A stretch of DNA of 64,000 nucleotides. Source: a virus. The notes below the pieces were generated by a model. It searched no databases. It was not told where the DNA came from and saw only the letters and a program-made list of their open reading frames with translations. Numbering within the stretch: position 1 is the first letter of the stretch; every line of letters starts with the position of its first letter. The position numbers and the translations under genes are program-made. This document shows positions 29,723 to 39,463 of this stretch, in pieces. The stretch spans positions 34,678-98,677 of IMG/VR virus record IMGVR_UViG_3300010396_000007; one strand, given 5' to 3'.

Positions 29723-31774
29723 CTAACCAAGTAAATCGGATAATGGGTCTACAAAAGGCTCGTGTACCTGTTGCGCAATCTGCTGTGCTTGATATTGCGT
29801 TACAGGGTTATCGTCAACTAGCCCTGCTTCATTTAATTTAGCAAATTTACCAAGACAATACATCATATCGTGCGCGGCTTGAGATTGAGCGTTTGCTACA
29901 TATGAGGTTTGTATAGAATTAATTTTGCTATCAACATCGGCATAACCAATAAACTGCTCAACTAATAGAGATATGGCAGACACAATATCATCATGTGCGT
30001 CTTCACCTGTACCTGTAAATTTCTCAAGTTCATTATATATTTCTTCTAAACCTTCACAAGAATTCAGAAAGTACAAACGTTCGTCACCAAGCAATCTTAG
30101 GACGGGCTTGGCTTTAAGCTGTTTTGATCTAAGCTTACTACCTGTTCCTAGAGACACATATTCAACAGGAATGACAATTTTAAGATTGTCCATTTCCCGT
30201 CTAAGTTCTCTGCCCATCCATTTCACGCCTACTGAATCTTCAATTACAATTCGTCTTGGCTTCCACTTGTTGCCTACTTGAGCAATAATCTTCGGTAAAT
30301 CATATTCATTGAATCGTCCTCTTACCATGTTGATAATGTAAAATCTACCACCAAAAATAAGAGCAGTCAAAATGACTGTGTAATCAGCCCAAGATTTAGT
30401 GCTGTACGCGGTATCTACCGCCGTTACAACGATTCCCTGCGGAGGAAACTGATTATGTGGAATTGTGCGACGAGTTAGTAGTTCACGAGGGAACTTAATT
30501 CTATTCGCCTTGCGCGGGTTATTCAGATACTTAATAGCAAAGTATCCAGTGTCCCCCTCCTCGTCATCTAAATCAGAATCATCTTTCTGCTTATTGCGTA
30601 GAAACTCGTAGCTAAGTCTTTCTGGGAACCAAAGAACCCAATCACTCTTAACCATTTCATCTTCAATTTTACCTTCCTTGGTAGCAGCCTCTGTAGGCCA
30701 CCAGCAGGCTCTAAGATAAATCTTGAAGCTAAGGTTTGCGTTGAAACGCCCGCTATCCACACTGCCTATAATCGACCCGGATAGTCCTTCATCCTTGGCA
30801 CGTTTCTCAACCTTTCTGATCGTTACACCGTAATAATCTCGCTCATCATACCACGTACCAATTACGTCATAAAAACCATTCGGGTTCAATAGACCGTTAT
30901 CAATACTAATTTGCTTAATAGTATCTTTGATTCTAGCTTCTGTCTTGGTGTTCTCATTGGTCACAACGTCATCTAACTTCAAGACGTTATAGTGACTACC
31001 CGACAGTGCTTGGTCAATAGATGCGGCTCTTACGCTAGGCTCCTTTGCCTCTTCGGCAGCAGGAGTCTGAAATTCTAACTGGTTGCCTTCTAACGGTGAT
31101 AGACAGTGCTCCGGGAACAGACACTGAAATAAGCTGTCAGACCAGTCTCCGGTTTGTTTATCCATGATCTGTCTAACGCCGTATACTGGCTTGCCTTTTG
31201 TATCTGTTCCAGACTCAACATAAGTAAAGTGCATTTTCACTTCACCTACGAAGTCTTTTGCGAGTTGCAAAACACCTGTTAGAATGGCAATCGTTATAGC
31301 AGGAAAACAAATAACCCATTGTACGCAATCCGCCATGTCGATAGAAGACTTGAATCCGCCTCTTGGGACTAATAGCATTCTCTGCTTCAAGTCAGTATAT
31401 TGATCGGCAAAATGATCGAAGGTAATATAGGTTGGGTCTTTCTGCACAAAAAAAGCGTTACAAATATCTTCATGCGTGTTTAAGGTGGTAGAGTTATAAC
31501 TCTCAAGTAGATGGCAAAGAAAGAACAAATTAGTCTGAGCCATAAATCGGTATAGAACTAAATTGTTAGCGCATTCAACAGAGAAAGGGTCCAAACCTTC
31601 CTTCTGCATCTTTTCGCCCCATTTTGTTACCACTTTGTTCTTTTGTTGCTCCGGTAGTTTGCTAAAGCTTTTCTTAGCCTTAGCCAAATATTCTTCGTCA
31701 CTTAAATCTTTGAAGTGATAATTAGGGTTCGCTTTACACGATGCGTATAGTTGTTGTAGCTTTTCTAGACGCAT
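29723..31774 (-). CDS. Terminase large subunit
   Basis: LLVPRGGFKSS Walker A, VLKLDDVV Walker B, VIGTWY, AVDTAY and HDDIVSA nuclease motifs. Confidence 0.9.
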   Translation of the reverse strand: MRLEKLQQLYASCKANPNYHFKDLSDEEYLAKAKKSFSKLPEQQKNKVVTKWGEKMQKEGLDPFSVECANNLVLYRFMAQTNLFFLCHLLESYNSTTLNTHEDICNAFFVQKDPTYITFDHFADQYTDLKQRMLLVPRGGFKSSIDMADCVQWVICFPAITIAILTGVLQLAKDFVGEVKMHFTYVESGTDTKGKPVYGVRQIMDKQTGDWSDSLFQCLFPEHCLSPLEGNQLEFQTPAAEEAKEPSVRAASIDQALSGSHYNVLKLDDVVTNENTKTEARIKDTIKQISIDNGLLNPNGFYDVIGTWYDERDYYGVTIRKVEKRAKDEGLSGSIIGSVDSGRFNANLSFKIYLRACWWPTEAATKEGKIEDEMVKSDWVLWFPERLSYEFLRNKQKDDSDLDDEEGDTGYFAIKYLNNPRKANRIKFPRELLTRRTIPHNQFPPQGIVVTAVDTAYSTKSWADYTVILTALIFGGRFYIINMVRGRFNEYDLPKIIAQVGNKWKPRRIVIEDSVGVKWMGRELRREMDNLKIVIPVEYVSLGTGSKLRSKQLKAKPVLRLLGDERLYFLNSCEGLEEIYNELEKFTGTGEDAHDDIVSAISLLVEQFIGYADVDSKINSIQTSYVANAQSQAAHDMMYCLGKFAKLNEAGLVDDNPVTQYQAQQIAQQVHEPFVDPLSDLLG

Positions 31775-31791
31775 TTACCCTCCCGGTTGCG

Positions 31792-31992
31792 TTAGTGCTT
31801 AAAATGTTCCATTGTAGCTGCGAAGTGTGCCATGTGCGCTACATGAGGATTTTTCGAATTCTTCGCTGCGGCTAACTTTTCAGCAGGAATTGGTTCGTTC
31901 TCTGGTACACCTAGCGCGCGGTGCAAACCTCCTTTATTAAGGTGGTGCATTGCACGATAAAGTGATACGTTATGTTTCTTTTCTGTTGCCAT
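31792..31992 (-). CDS. Small basic phage protein
   Basis: KGGLHRALGVP..E.IP..KL motif of small phage proteins found near packaging genes. Confidence 0.6.
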   Translation of the reverse strand: MATEKKHNVSLYRAMHHLNKGGLHRALGVPENEPIPAEKLAAAKNSKNPHVAHMAHFAATMEHFKH

Positions 31993-32001
31993 TACTATTC
32001 C

Positions 32002-32709
32002 TCACATTTGAGGAGCCGCTGCTGGTGCAGGAGATGGTGCTCCGCCCGCTGCGCCCGCCGCTACTCCGCTTTGTCCCGCATCTGCGTCTGCTTCTCCGGG
32101 ATTAGGTGTCCCCATGTGCTCCATCATGTGAGCTACCATGCCATCTTGGTCAGGAGTCACATGTTGTTCATCTGGGTGATGCTCTGGATGAGTATGCACA
32201 TGAGTATGGATATATCCACCACTCTTAGCTTTCTCTGTTTTAATATGTTTAATCTCTTTCTTGGGCTTATCAGATTTACCACCAAGGGCATCCTGTGCAC
32301 CACTCATTGCATTGACTTTTGTCATAGTTTTTCCTTTAGCTGCACGATGCTTCGCTGCCTCTTTCGTATCTAAAACCGCCTCACCTTTCTTCAAAACAGC
32401 AGGCCCCGTCTTCGGTACGTAATCCGTTCCTTTGTGATACTTAGGCATTTTCGGTTTAGCCGGTGTTCCTTTTGGTGCCGGTTTTGATGATTCAGATTTC
32501 AAATTAGAATCACGATTATCGTAAGTTGTATCCCCACCAGCTAGGACTTTGTGCAACGGACTTGTATTCCAAGCAGCTTGCGCTCTGCCTGCTATTTTAT
32601 CCATAGCAGAAGAAGCATCAGTTTTGGCATTTGTGATTTTATCACCAAGGTTTTGAAAAGGCGCTTTCAGTGCTTCCATTATAACTCCATACGGTCTAAC
32701 TCTGCCCAA
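32002..32709 (-). CDS. Hypothetical His/Lys-rich protein
   Basis: YHKGTDYVPKTGPAVLKKGEAVL motif; HTHVHTHPEHHP. Confidence 0.6.
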   Translation of the reverse strand: MGRVRPYGVIMEALKAPFQNLGDKITNAKTDASSAMDKIAGRAQAAWNTSPLHKVLAGGDTTYDNRDSNLKSESSKPAPKGTPAKPKMPKYHKGTDYVPKTGPAVLKKGEAVLDTKEAAKHRAAKGKTMTKVNAMSGAQDALGGKSDKPKKEIKHIKTEKAKSGGYIHTHVHTHPEHHPDEQHVTPDQDGMVAHMMEHMGTPNPGEADADAGQSGVAAGAAGGAPSPAPAAAPQM

Positions 32710-33173
32710 TGACTTCTAGCCACTTGGCGCATACCCATTCCGGGGTCATATTTATGATACAGGGTTCTATAAATTCGTTCTGACATGTGAAAATTATGTG
32801 GCATGTCACCTATTGCACGCAAAAACATAAGGCCCGTTGTAGGGCCTCTGCTGTGTCCTGAATTGCAGGCAATTAGTATTTTGTAACCTTCATCTAATTT
32901 TTCCTTAGCGTAATTTAGTGCGGTTGTGATGCACTCCCAAGGAATCATGTTGGGGTCTTCCATATCGAGAATGTTGATGGCTATTCGATTTGGCGCTTCT
33001 ACAGAAAGGTAATTTTTACCTTTTGGAGCGCCGGGTGTATCGTACCCAAGAGTTTCTTTGTGCCCTCCGGGTCCATATTTACACATTCTGACTGCTCGCC
33101 AATCTTTTTTATCCTTCACCTTTTCATAATCCGAATCGTCTCCGACCCAGACATTATCATAAATTTCTTGCAT
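32679..33173 (-). CDS. Dual-specificity (Cys-based) phosphatase-like protein
   Basis: ILIACNSGHSRG = CX5R loop; start ATG 33173 because the upstream extension overlaps a tRNA. Confidence 0.8.
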   Translation of the reverse strand: MQEIYDNVWVGDDSDYEKVKDKKDWRAVRMCKYGPGGHKETLGYDTPGAPKGKNYLSVEAPNRIAINILDMEDPNMIPWECITTALNYAKEKLDEGYKILIACNSGHSRGPTTGLMFLRAIGDMPHNFHMSERIYRTLYHKYDPGMGMRQVARSHWAELDRMEL

Positions 33174-33176
33174 ATA

Positions 33177-33253
33177 TGGCTCCGCAGATTGGATTCGAAC
33201 CAATATCATTTCGGTTAACAGCCGAAAGCTTTACCAAGTTAAGCTACCGCGAA
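33177..33253 (-). tRNA. tRNA-Asn(GTT)
   Basis: TTCGCGGTAGCTTAACTTGGTAAAGC-TTTCGG CTGTTAA CCGAAA-...GGTTCGAATCC...GCCA. Confidence 0.9.
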
Positions 33254-33263
33254 TTAAAACTTT

Positions 33264-33893
33264 TTATACACCTTCAATAATTAATTTCTTCGGCTTGTTT
33301 AGCTCCGCTTCTTGCTGTGTCTGCTCTTGACACATTTGAATAAAATTACGCAACACAACATTGCTAAAATCTGTAGCAAATTGGCAATCAGCATCACTTA
33401 ATGGGATGTAAACACCTTTGTGAGTCCATATTTTTGAAAACTTTATAGCTTCTTCTAAATTTACTTTAAATGGTTGCATTGCTTTCGATACCTCCAAATA
33501 TCTAGCAGCTTTTCTCAATCTCTCGGGATCGTCGTCAAAAGCACCCAATCCTATATTACATTTTTCATGCAACAACCCTCTTACACATTTTCCACACGTA
33601 TAAATAGTTGGGCAACATGCATGGTCATGGTCTACAGATATTTTACCATTTAAAGGTTTCTCACAAACTAAACATAGTCCATTTTGAGCAGAAATCAATG
33701 CATTATATTGAAATTCTGATAACCCATAGTACATTTTTATATGTGAATATTTATGTTTTCCAGAAGAAATATAATGAGCACTTCTGCATTCTGTTGTGCA
33801 ATAAAAACGCCGTGCTTTATAAGAACGTCCTAGTTTATCCACAGAAATTGCTTCAAATTCTTTATTGCAACCTCTGCAAATTACCAAACTCAT
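33264..33893 (-). CDS. Endonuclease VII-family protein fused in frame to a ~70-aa downstream ORF
   Basis: VDHDH...VRGLLHEKCN; internal GGAGG-N10-ATG (MQPFKV...) near 33479. Confidence 0.8.
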   Translation of the reverse strand: MSLVICRGCNKEFEAISVDKLGRSYKARRFYCTTECRSAHYISSGKHKYSHIKMYYGLSEFQYNALISAQNGLCLVCEKPLNGKISVDHDHACCPTIYTCGKCVRGLLHEKCNIGLGAFDDDPERLRKAARYLEVSKAMQPFKVNLEEAIKFSKIWTHKGVYIPLSDADCQFATDFSNVVLRNFIQMCQEQTQQEAELNKPKKLIIEGV

Positions 33894-34201
33894 TCTTTCT
33901 CCTCTGAAGACAATAACTTTAGCATATTAGCGGCCATGTTATTGATGACTTCATCACCAGACCCGGTTAAATCGGCTTCTGATACTCTGTATCCAATCTT
34001 GGACATACACTTAATCAATCGCTCTAGACGGTGTAAATTCCTGTCAACCACTGTTTCGGCTGAAAGGAACATTAACTTGTCAGTAGCTTCAAGAATCTGT
34101 GCAGGAGTAGAGTCAACGTGTTCGATGACTTTTTTACAATCGCTTTTAAGTAGATTTATCCCTTGATAAAACTCTTTACCTTCTGGCTTCTTAAATGGCA
34201 T
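33890..34201 (-). CDS. Hypothetical protein
   Basis: GGAGGAGGATT-ATG at 34201 (MPFKKPE...). Confidence 0.6.
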   Translation of the reverse strand: MPFKKPEGKEFYQGINLLKSDCKKVIEHVDSTPAQILEATDKLMFLSAETVVDRNLHRLERLIKCMSKIGYRVSEADLTGSGDEVINNMAANMLKLLSSEEKE

Positions 34202-34218
34202 AATCCTCCTCCCAGAGT

Positions 34219-34638
34219 TTATGTATATATGATTTCGCAGGGCAATGAAGATGTTGGTGTCCAAAAACGAACGCGCGTCTTCTTGTCGTACACGGAGCAT
34301 ATGCCGCAAATGTTTAGTGAATCTAATATACAAGCTTTATAATCTTGCTCGCTCATCACTGCATCCCAACTGGGATGTGAATGAAGATCACCAACTATAA
34401 GTTTATTAGCTGCCGCTGCTCTTTCTTTCAGATTAGCATATTCATCGGCAGTCCATTGCACACTATTTCCAGTCTGTAAATTGTACTCACGAGGATAACG
34501 AATGTCTGTCACTTCTATCTCATTAACAGATTTAACTTGTCCCAAAAGATAGGCGTGAATCTCTAGTGGAAAGGATTCTCTAGCACGCTGTCTGAAGTTA
34601 TTTAGAGCACCTTTCTTGATACGGACCCTAGAGAACAT
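34219..34638 (-). CDS. JAB/MPN+ metalloisopeptidase-domain protein
   Basis: P.E...LLG ... VGDLHSHP...MSEQD = JAMM E-HxH-S-D motif. Confidence 0.85.
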   Translation of the reverse strand: MFSRVRIKKGALNNFRQRARESFPLEIHAYLLGQVKSVNEIEVTDIRYPREYNLQTGNSVQWTADEYANLKERAAAANKLIVGDLHSHPSWDAVMSEQDYKACILDSLNICGICSVYDKKTRVRFWTPTSSLPCEIIYT

Positions 34639-34800
34639 GTCATTCTCCCGTTCTCAGCGGGGATGATATCTAAACCATCCCCGCACAAAATTACCGGGTC
34701 TTCCCCGGTATGACCACACTGTTAGGTATAATGATTATACGGTGGTCCTTATAAAAACACATTACATTTAGTACGTTACCCAGTTCGTTCCGTTCAATTC

Positions 34801-37458
34801 CTAGTATGGTTGCGCCGTGAATTGAACCACATCTCCGCTTACTACTGTTCCCGTAAGCGTGCAGGTCGTGGTAGACGAGGCGGATTGTGTGATCGTGTCA
34901 GCAGGAGTCGTTAGATCATGCCCGGAGCAATTAAATCCCGTTCCCCGGCTGGTATACCCCGGCGTAATTACAACTGTGACTGTTCCCGAAGTCGAACTCG
35001 TGTAGCTTCCAATCGTCACGCCATTGTTCGTTGCTCCTGCGCTGGCGCTGATTGTTCCCACAGATGCAGCAGCAGAGAATGTCGCGGTGGTTGAAACAGG
35101 AACAAAGATTGTGCCGTTTGAGACCATCTGCCCGGTCCCATAAGTAGCATTGATGTTCTGGATTTGAGAGCCCGCCGGATGTCCAAGACGCGCATTGTCT
35201 ACAGTGACAAACCCGTCAAGCGGGGCAAATAAGTTAAATGTTGGCGTTCCACTTGATGCCCCTATAAACCTATCCGTTCCTGTATTCGAGGTATTGCCTC
35301 CCAGAGAGTTGACCGTGCAAGTGATTGAACCGCCGCAACCGACAAGCCAACCGTGATTTGCCTTATTGTTTGAGAGCAGAAAGGTGGTCGCCGCACTGGC
35401 CTGCAACATGCCTTGCACTGTACCCGATCCGCAATCCCAATAAATGTTGTCGGCCTTGACTTGTGGGCCTGCCGCAGACACATTTACAACGGAACCGCAA
35501 GCCGTATCGGTGCCGTCGTGAACGTGAATGCTTGCCACGCCTGTAGCAGCGGAAGATATAACGTTGGGGAATACACTTCCCGAAGGAGCGGGCACGTAAA
35601 AATGAGAAACATCGATATTGGTTATTACGCTGTTTGCAGGAATGCTAAAAGCCACGTCCCCTGTATTGTGCGGTCTGAAATCCACGCCGTCTGCAATCAG
35701 ATTCTGAATTGTGGTTCCCGAACCGGCGCTGGTAAATAAAGTGACGTTGCTGGAATTGTTGGCCTTTGGACCTGAAATGCGGCGGATATACAAATTAGCG
35801 ACGGTCACTGGACCGATTCCAATACAGGGAGAAGTCCAGTCCATCGTGCAGGTTATATCCTCAAAACTCATAGTCCCCGCGAATCCTCCGCCCGCGAGGG
35901 TAAAGAATCCCGGCGATGCGGTTCCCCCCTCAGAATGACAGTCGCCGTTTTTTACTGTCACCTTATCGAACCAATAACCGGATGGAGCAGCCGTGTTCAA
36001 GCTCACACAGTGGACGCCTGTGATCCCATGCACGCCATCAATGTTGACATTCAAGAAATCTCCGGCCCCAAAGTAATTAGGGCTCAACGTCCAAAACTGA
36101 TAGCCTCCATCGTCAGCATAAAGAGCGAAGATATCGTCAGAACTGTAAGCGTAGGTGTTTTCAAATGAACTATTGGTGACTGGTCCCTGTCCTTGCAGGC
36201 CATCTTTGAACTCGTTAGTCGGATCGTAAAATCCGCGCATGTGGAAATCATCCACGCCAGCGAACATCATCCCGTATCCCGTGGTCAGCGAGCCGTTCAA
36301 GACTTGATATTGCCCGTAGTGCTGAAAGCCATGCACGCCTAAAAACAGGGATGCGTGGGAGTTGAGCCCCACTCCGGTTCCTGAACTATAGTCCAGTGTC
36401 ACGTTCTCAGCTTGCAGGTTCACATCGGCGTGCTTCACGTAATAAGGTCCAGCCAAAGCCGCTGCTGGAATACGGTTTAACTTAATCACGACGTTATTTG
36501 CGTCGGTCACAGATACCACGCGAAATACTCCGCTAAACGCCCCATCCGTATTCACTGTTCCTGTCGCGTTGAATGTTGCCGTTCCAGTGCAGGTTGCTAC
36601 AGTTCCGCTATATGGCGAAGTGAATCCCCATGTCGTTCCGACGTTAGTAAAAGTGATTGTCCCGGTCGGCACTCCACCGCTTACCGTGATCGTGCCAACA
36701 TTCGGAAACGCCACATTTGCCGCGTTTGTCAGAGACACATTCTGTGTGCCATTCGTGCACGCGCTAGCGCCTGACGCATAGGTCGCTACTGTCGAAGTAC
36801 TTATGAACCATTCGCTTGCTTGTGCGTACACCCATTGGCCGCCAAATCCCGTACCGCTACCGATTGGGAAGCCGTGAGCAGGGAAATTCAGCGTACAGGT
36901 ATCCCCACTCGTCCAAGTGCATCCCGTACTCGCAATGAAGGGTTGAGTGTATCCATAGTTCACCCAAACTGTTGTATTGTTGTTGCTCTTTACAATCACT
37001 CCGGGGTCCATCTTGAGTTTGGTATTGGAGTACTGCACCATCGGGCCATTAATGTAATACACCGTTCCCGCTGTGCCGGAGATATAGCACGTTCCCCCGG
37101 AAGTCGAGAGGCAGGTATTTATCACTGCGATATTCGCGGCTGCCGCCCCTGCGGAACTCGGCGTGAGCGGAAGCCCGATACTTCCTACCGCAGATGTTCC
37201 ACTCACCGCCGCTCCATTTCCGGGGTAGTATGCAATCTGCCCTGTCGTGCCTGCGTTGACGGTGCCCGAACCTGCGCCCGTAAATGTACAGGTTGTAGCT
37301 GTGCAATTGACACCTGTTCCATTAAAAATAAATGAACCAGCGGCCCCATTAATACTTTTTACTCCACCTGAAAGTTGAGGGGGACCAATAACAGGAGTTT
37401 GAGCAGAAGCTAGGACTAATCCAAATAAAAACAATAAACTTACAAAAATATTCTTCAT
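34801..37458 (-). CDS. Signal-peptide-bearing tailspike/beta-helix depolymerase-like protein
   Basis: MKNIFVSLLFLFGLVLASA-Q; GVKSINGAAG, GTTGQIAYY fibre motifs; DGLQ..SDD GH28-like beta-helix motifs. Confidence 0.7.
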   Translation of the reverse strand: MKNIFVSLLFLFGLVLASAQTPVIGPPQLSGGVKSINGAAGSFIFNGTGVNCTATTCTFTGAGSGTVNAGTTGQIAYYPGNGAAVSGTSAVGSIGLPLTPSSAGAAAANIAVINTCLSTSGGTCYISGTAGTVYYINGPMVQYSNTKLKMDPGVIVKSNNNTTVWVNYGYTQPFIASTGCTWTSGDTCTLNFPAHGFPIGSGTGFGGQWVYAQASEWFISTSTVATYASGASACTNGTQNVSLTNAANVAFPNVGTITVSGGVPTGTITFTNVGTTWGFTSPYSGTVATCTGTATFNATGTVNTDGAFSGVFRVVSVTDANNVVIKLNRIPAAALAGPYYVKHADVNLQAENVTLDYSSGTGVGLNSHASLFLGVHGFQHYGQYQVLNGSLTTGYGMMFAGVDDFHMRGFYDPTNEFKDGLQGQGPVTNSSFENTYAYSSDDIFALYADDGGYQFWTLSPNYFGAGDFLNVNIDGVHGITGVHCVSLNTAAPSGYWFDKVTVKNGDCHSEGGTASPGFFTLAGGGFAGTMSFEDITCTMDWTSPCIGIGPVTVANLYIRRISGPKANNSSNVTLFTSAGSGTTIQNLIADGVDFRPHNTGDVAFSIPANSVITNIDVSHFYVPAPSGSVFPNVISSAATGVASIHVHDGTDTACGSVVNVSAAGPQVKADNIYWDCGSGTVQGMLQASAATTFLLSNNKANHGWLVGCGGSITCTVNSLGGNTSNTGTDRFIGASSGTPTFNLFAPLDGFVTVDNARLGHPAGSQIQNINATYGTGQMVSNGTIFVPVSTTATFSAAASVGTISASAGATNNGVTIGSYTSSTSGTVTVVITPGYTSRGTGFNCSGHDLTTPADTITQSASSTTTCTLTGTVVSGDVVQFTAQPY

Positions 37459-37880
37459 TATCTGGTCCCTGTAAAATGAAATACTGCTTTTGTCGTTCCA
37501 TCACCAGCAGTCCATGATACAACATTTACACGTAAAAATAAAACAGGCTTGTATACAATACTTTCCATATTAGAAGTTGTACAATCTGTGGTTGCAGGAG
37601 CAGTTGTATCCAACCCAAACCAATTTACACCATCAAAGCTTCCTTCTACGCGGAATGTACACGCGCTAGGAGCAGTTCCAGAAAGACTCCAATCAATAGA
37701 GTAATTATTAGGAGATGGTGAACTAGAATCAAGTGATAAAATAAGATAATTACCTAATTGGCCCGTTGCTGTGGGAGTTTTCCAAGCGTAAAGTAAAGCT
37801 TGGCTTGGTTTATCTTGAGCCTGCAATGTTGTAGCAATTAGCCCAAAAGCCAACATTAATACTGCAAAAATCTTTTTCAT
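37458..37880 (-). CDS. Signal-peptide-bearing small beta-sandwich protein
   Basis: MKKIFAVLMLAFGLIATTLQA-Q; VEGSFDGVNW...FLRVNV motif of phage structural domains. Confidence 0.6.
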   Translation of the reverse strand: MKKIFAVLMLAFGLIATTLQAQDKPSQALLYAWKTPTATGQLGNYLILSLDSSSPSPNNYSIDWSLSGTAPSACTFRVEGSFDGVNWFGLDTTAPATTDCTTSNMESIVYKPVLFLRVNVVSWTAGDGTTKAVFHFTGTR

Positions 37881-37888
37881 CTTGCTCC

Positions 37889-38206
37889 TTACTTGATAAT
37901 ATTTGAGTCTTTTTCTGTTTCTGAAATTACGTTCGCCCTTGCTTCATCCCCCAGAATTGCCTGTGCTCCGTGATTCTTTTGAAAAATATCTAAAAACTTA
38001 CTCATCCAAATGCCCCAAAGTTTACCTTCCATCGCTGCTCTAGCAGAATGCGCTGATATAGTTTCATCTAGTCTCCCTTTAAAGAAAACCACATTACACA
38101 AAACATCAAATGCTAAAAGACAACGGACAATGTATCCATGCTCAAGTGATTGGGTTTCATACTTTTTTACTTCGGAAGGGTCGATTTGGGTAATTCCGGT
38201 TGACAT
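37889..38206 (-). CDS. Conserved phage membrane-associated hypothetical protein
   Basis: LLAFDVLCN...DETISA...LD.FQKNH motif. Confidence 0.6.
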   Translation of the reverse strand: MSTGITQIDPSEVKKYETQSLEHGYIVRCLLAFDVLCNVVFFKGRLDETISAHSARAAMEGKLWGIWMSKFLDIFQKNHGAQAILGDEARANVISETEKDSNIIK

Positions 38207-38472
38207 TGCTTCTCCGTATTCTTTACGCTCTGTTCAAGAACCACTTGGTCGCGGTCTTTACCTTGAAGATTTTTAACGCAATTAGATGCTTTCATTAACT
38301 TCCAAAAACGAAAGGGGCTAGCTGCATAACAGTCCTAGCCCCGTCCTCTCAATATCAACAGGGGGAACGTACCGAAGTACGTTGGAGGAGGCCCCCTGCC
38401 GTTTCTCTATCTATTCTATACTACCCATTATACAGCAGGTTATGCAAAAAAGCAAGCATAAACTTTTACTTA

Positions 38473-39039
38473 CTATTGTAAATCATTGATTTTATTATTT
38501 TTCCATGATTTTATAGTTGTACCTATGGAGAGCCATTCTTCATATGTAAATCTATTTCCTTTAGCCATATTGCATCTGGAACAACATACGACACAATTTT
38601 CCTTTGAATAGCCAAGACTGTTATCCTTTCGATCTAAATAATAAGCACTGCTACGTCCTAACCAGTCGATTTCTGCCCCGCAATAATGACATTCCTTATT
38701 TTCTGACAACTCATGGTATTCATTTAAGGTAAGATTTATGTCATATGCTCCATTTTTTCTATTATGTACTAAAAGATTATATCGAGTAGTAATTTTTTTA
38801 TTAATATACTCATTTGATCTTTTCCGTTTACTAAATTTTATCTTTTTAGGATTATTATGAGCAATACCGCCACAATTAGTCTTATTACCAGATATTAAAT
38901 CTTCTTTGTTCACTTTTAAAAATGATCCACACTGGCACCAGCAATCGCAAAGTACCCCTTTAAAGTACTTATGCTCATCCATTACAAATAATTCTCCAAA
39001 AGATTTATACTCTAAGTCTTTAGCGATAACTTTATTCAT
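38473..39039 (-). CDS. HNH homing endonuclease
   Basis: CHYCG...LDRKDNSLGYSKENCVVCCSRCNMAK. Confidence 0.85.
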   Translation of the reverse strand: MNKVIAKDLEYKSFGELFVMDEHKYFKGVLCDCWCQCGSFLKVNKEDLISGNKTNCGGIAHNNPKKIKFSKRKRSNEYINKKITTRYNLLVHNRKNGAYDINLTLNEYHELSENKECHYCGAEIDWLGRSSAYYLDRKDNSLGYSKENCVVCCSRCNMAKGNRFTYEEWLSIGTTIKSWKNNKINDLQ

Positions 39040-39463
39040 TAAATCCTCTATTTGGGTACACCTACGGCTATCCTTATGCCAGTATCTCTATACTTTATAC
39101 TATCCTAATGGTTAGTATACTGTATTTCATGCCTGAATGGGTACTATAGTAACCTATACCCATGAAACACTGTTTAATAGGCTTATCACGAATAAGGCTA
39201 AACATAGCCTTTTCAAGCGGTTAAGATGATACCGGACGGGGCCAACCGTTAGTTCCGGCCACTGTTTACAGACAATAAGACAATCAATCTTATTGACTCC
39301 ATTACTGGTTACATGATTTCTTCGGATACCGGGCGCGATTAAACGCGCAATCAACTAGGACGCTGCCGTAGGATAACAGGATCAAGTACCTGTTCGTTGC
39401 CTAGAAAAGACTCGCTACTAAACACCTTGGCGAGAGAGAAATCATTTTCAACTTTTTTCACCA

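Noticed and set aside
33174-33209. N-terminal extension of the phosphatase ORF (and TTG 39940 extension of the polymerase)
   Set aside because: Extensions overlap a tRNA gene and a -35 box respectively; downstream ATGs are more plausible
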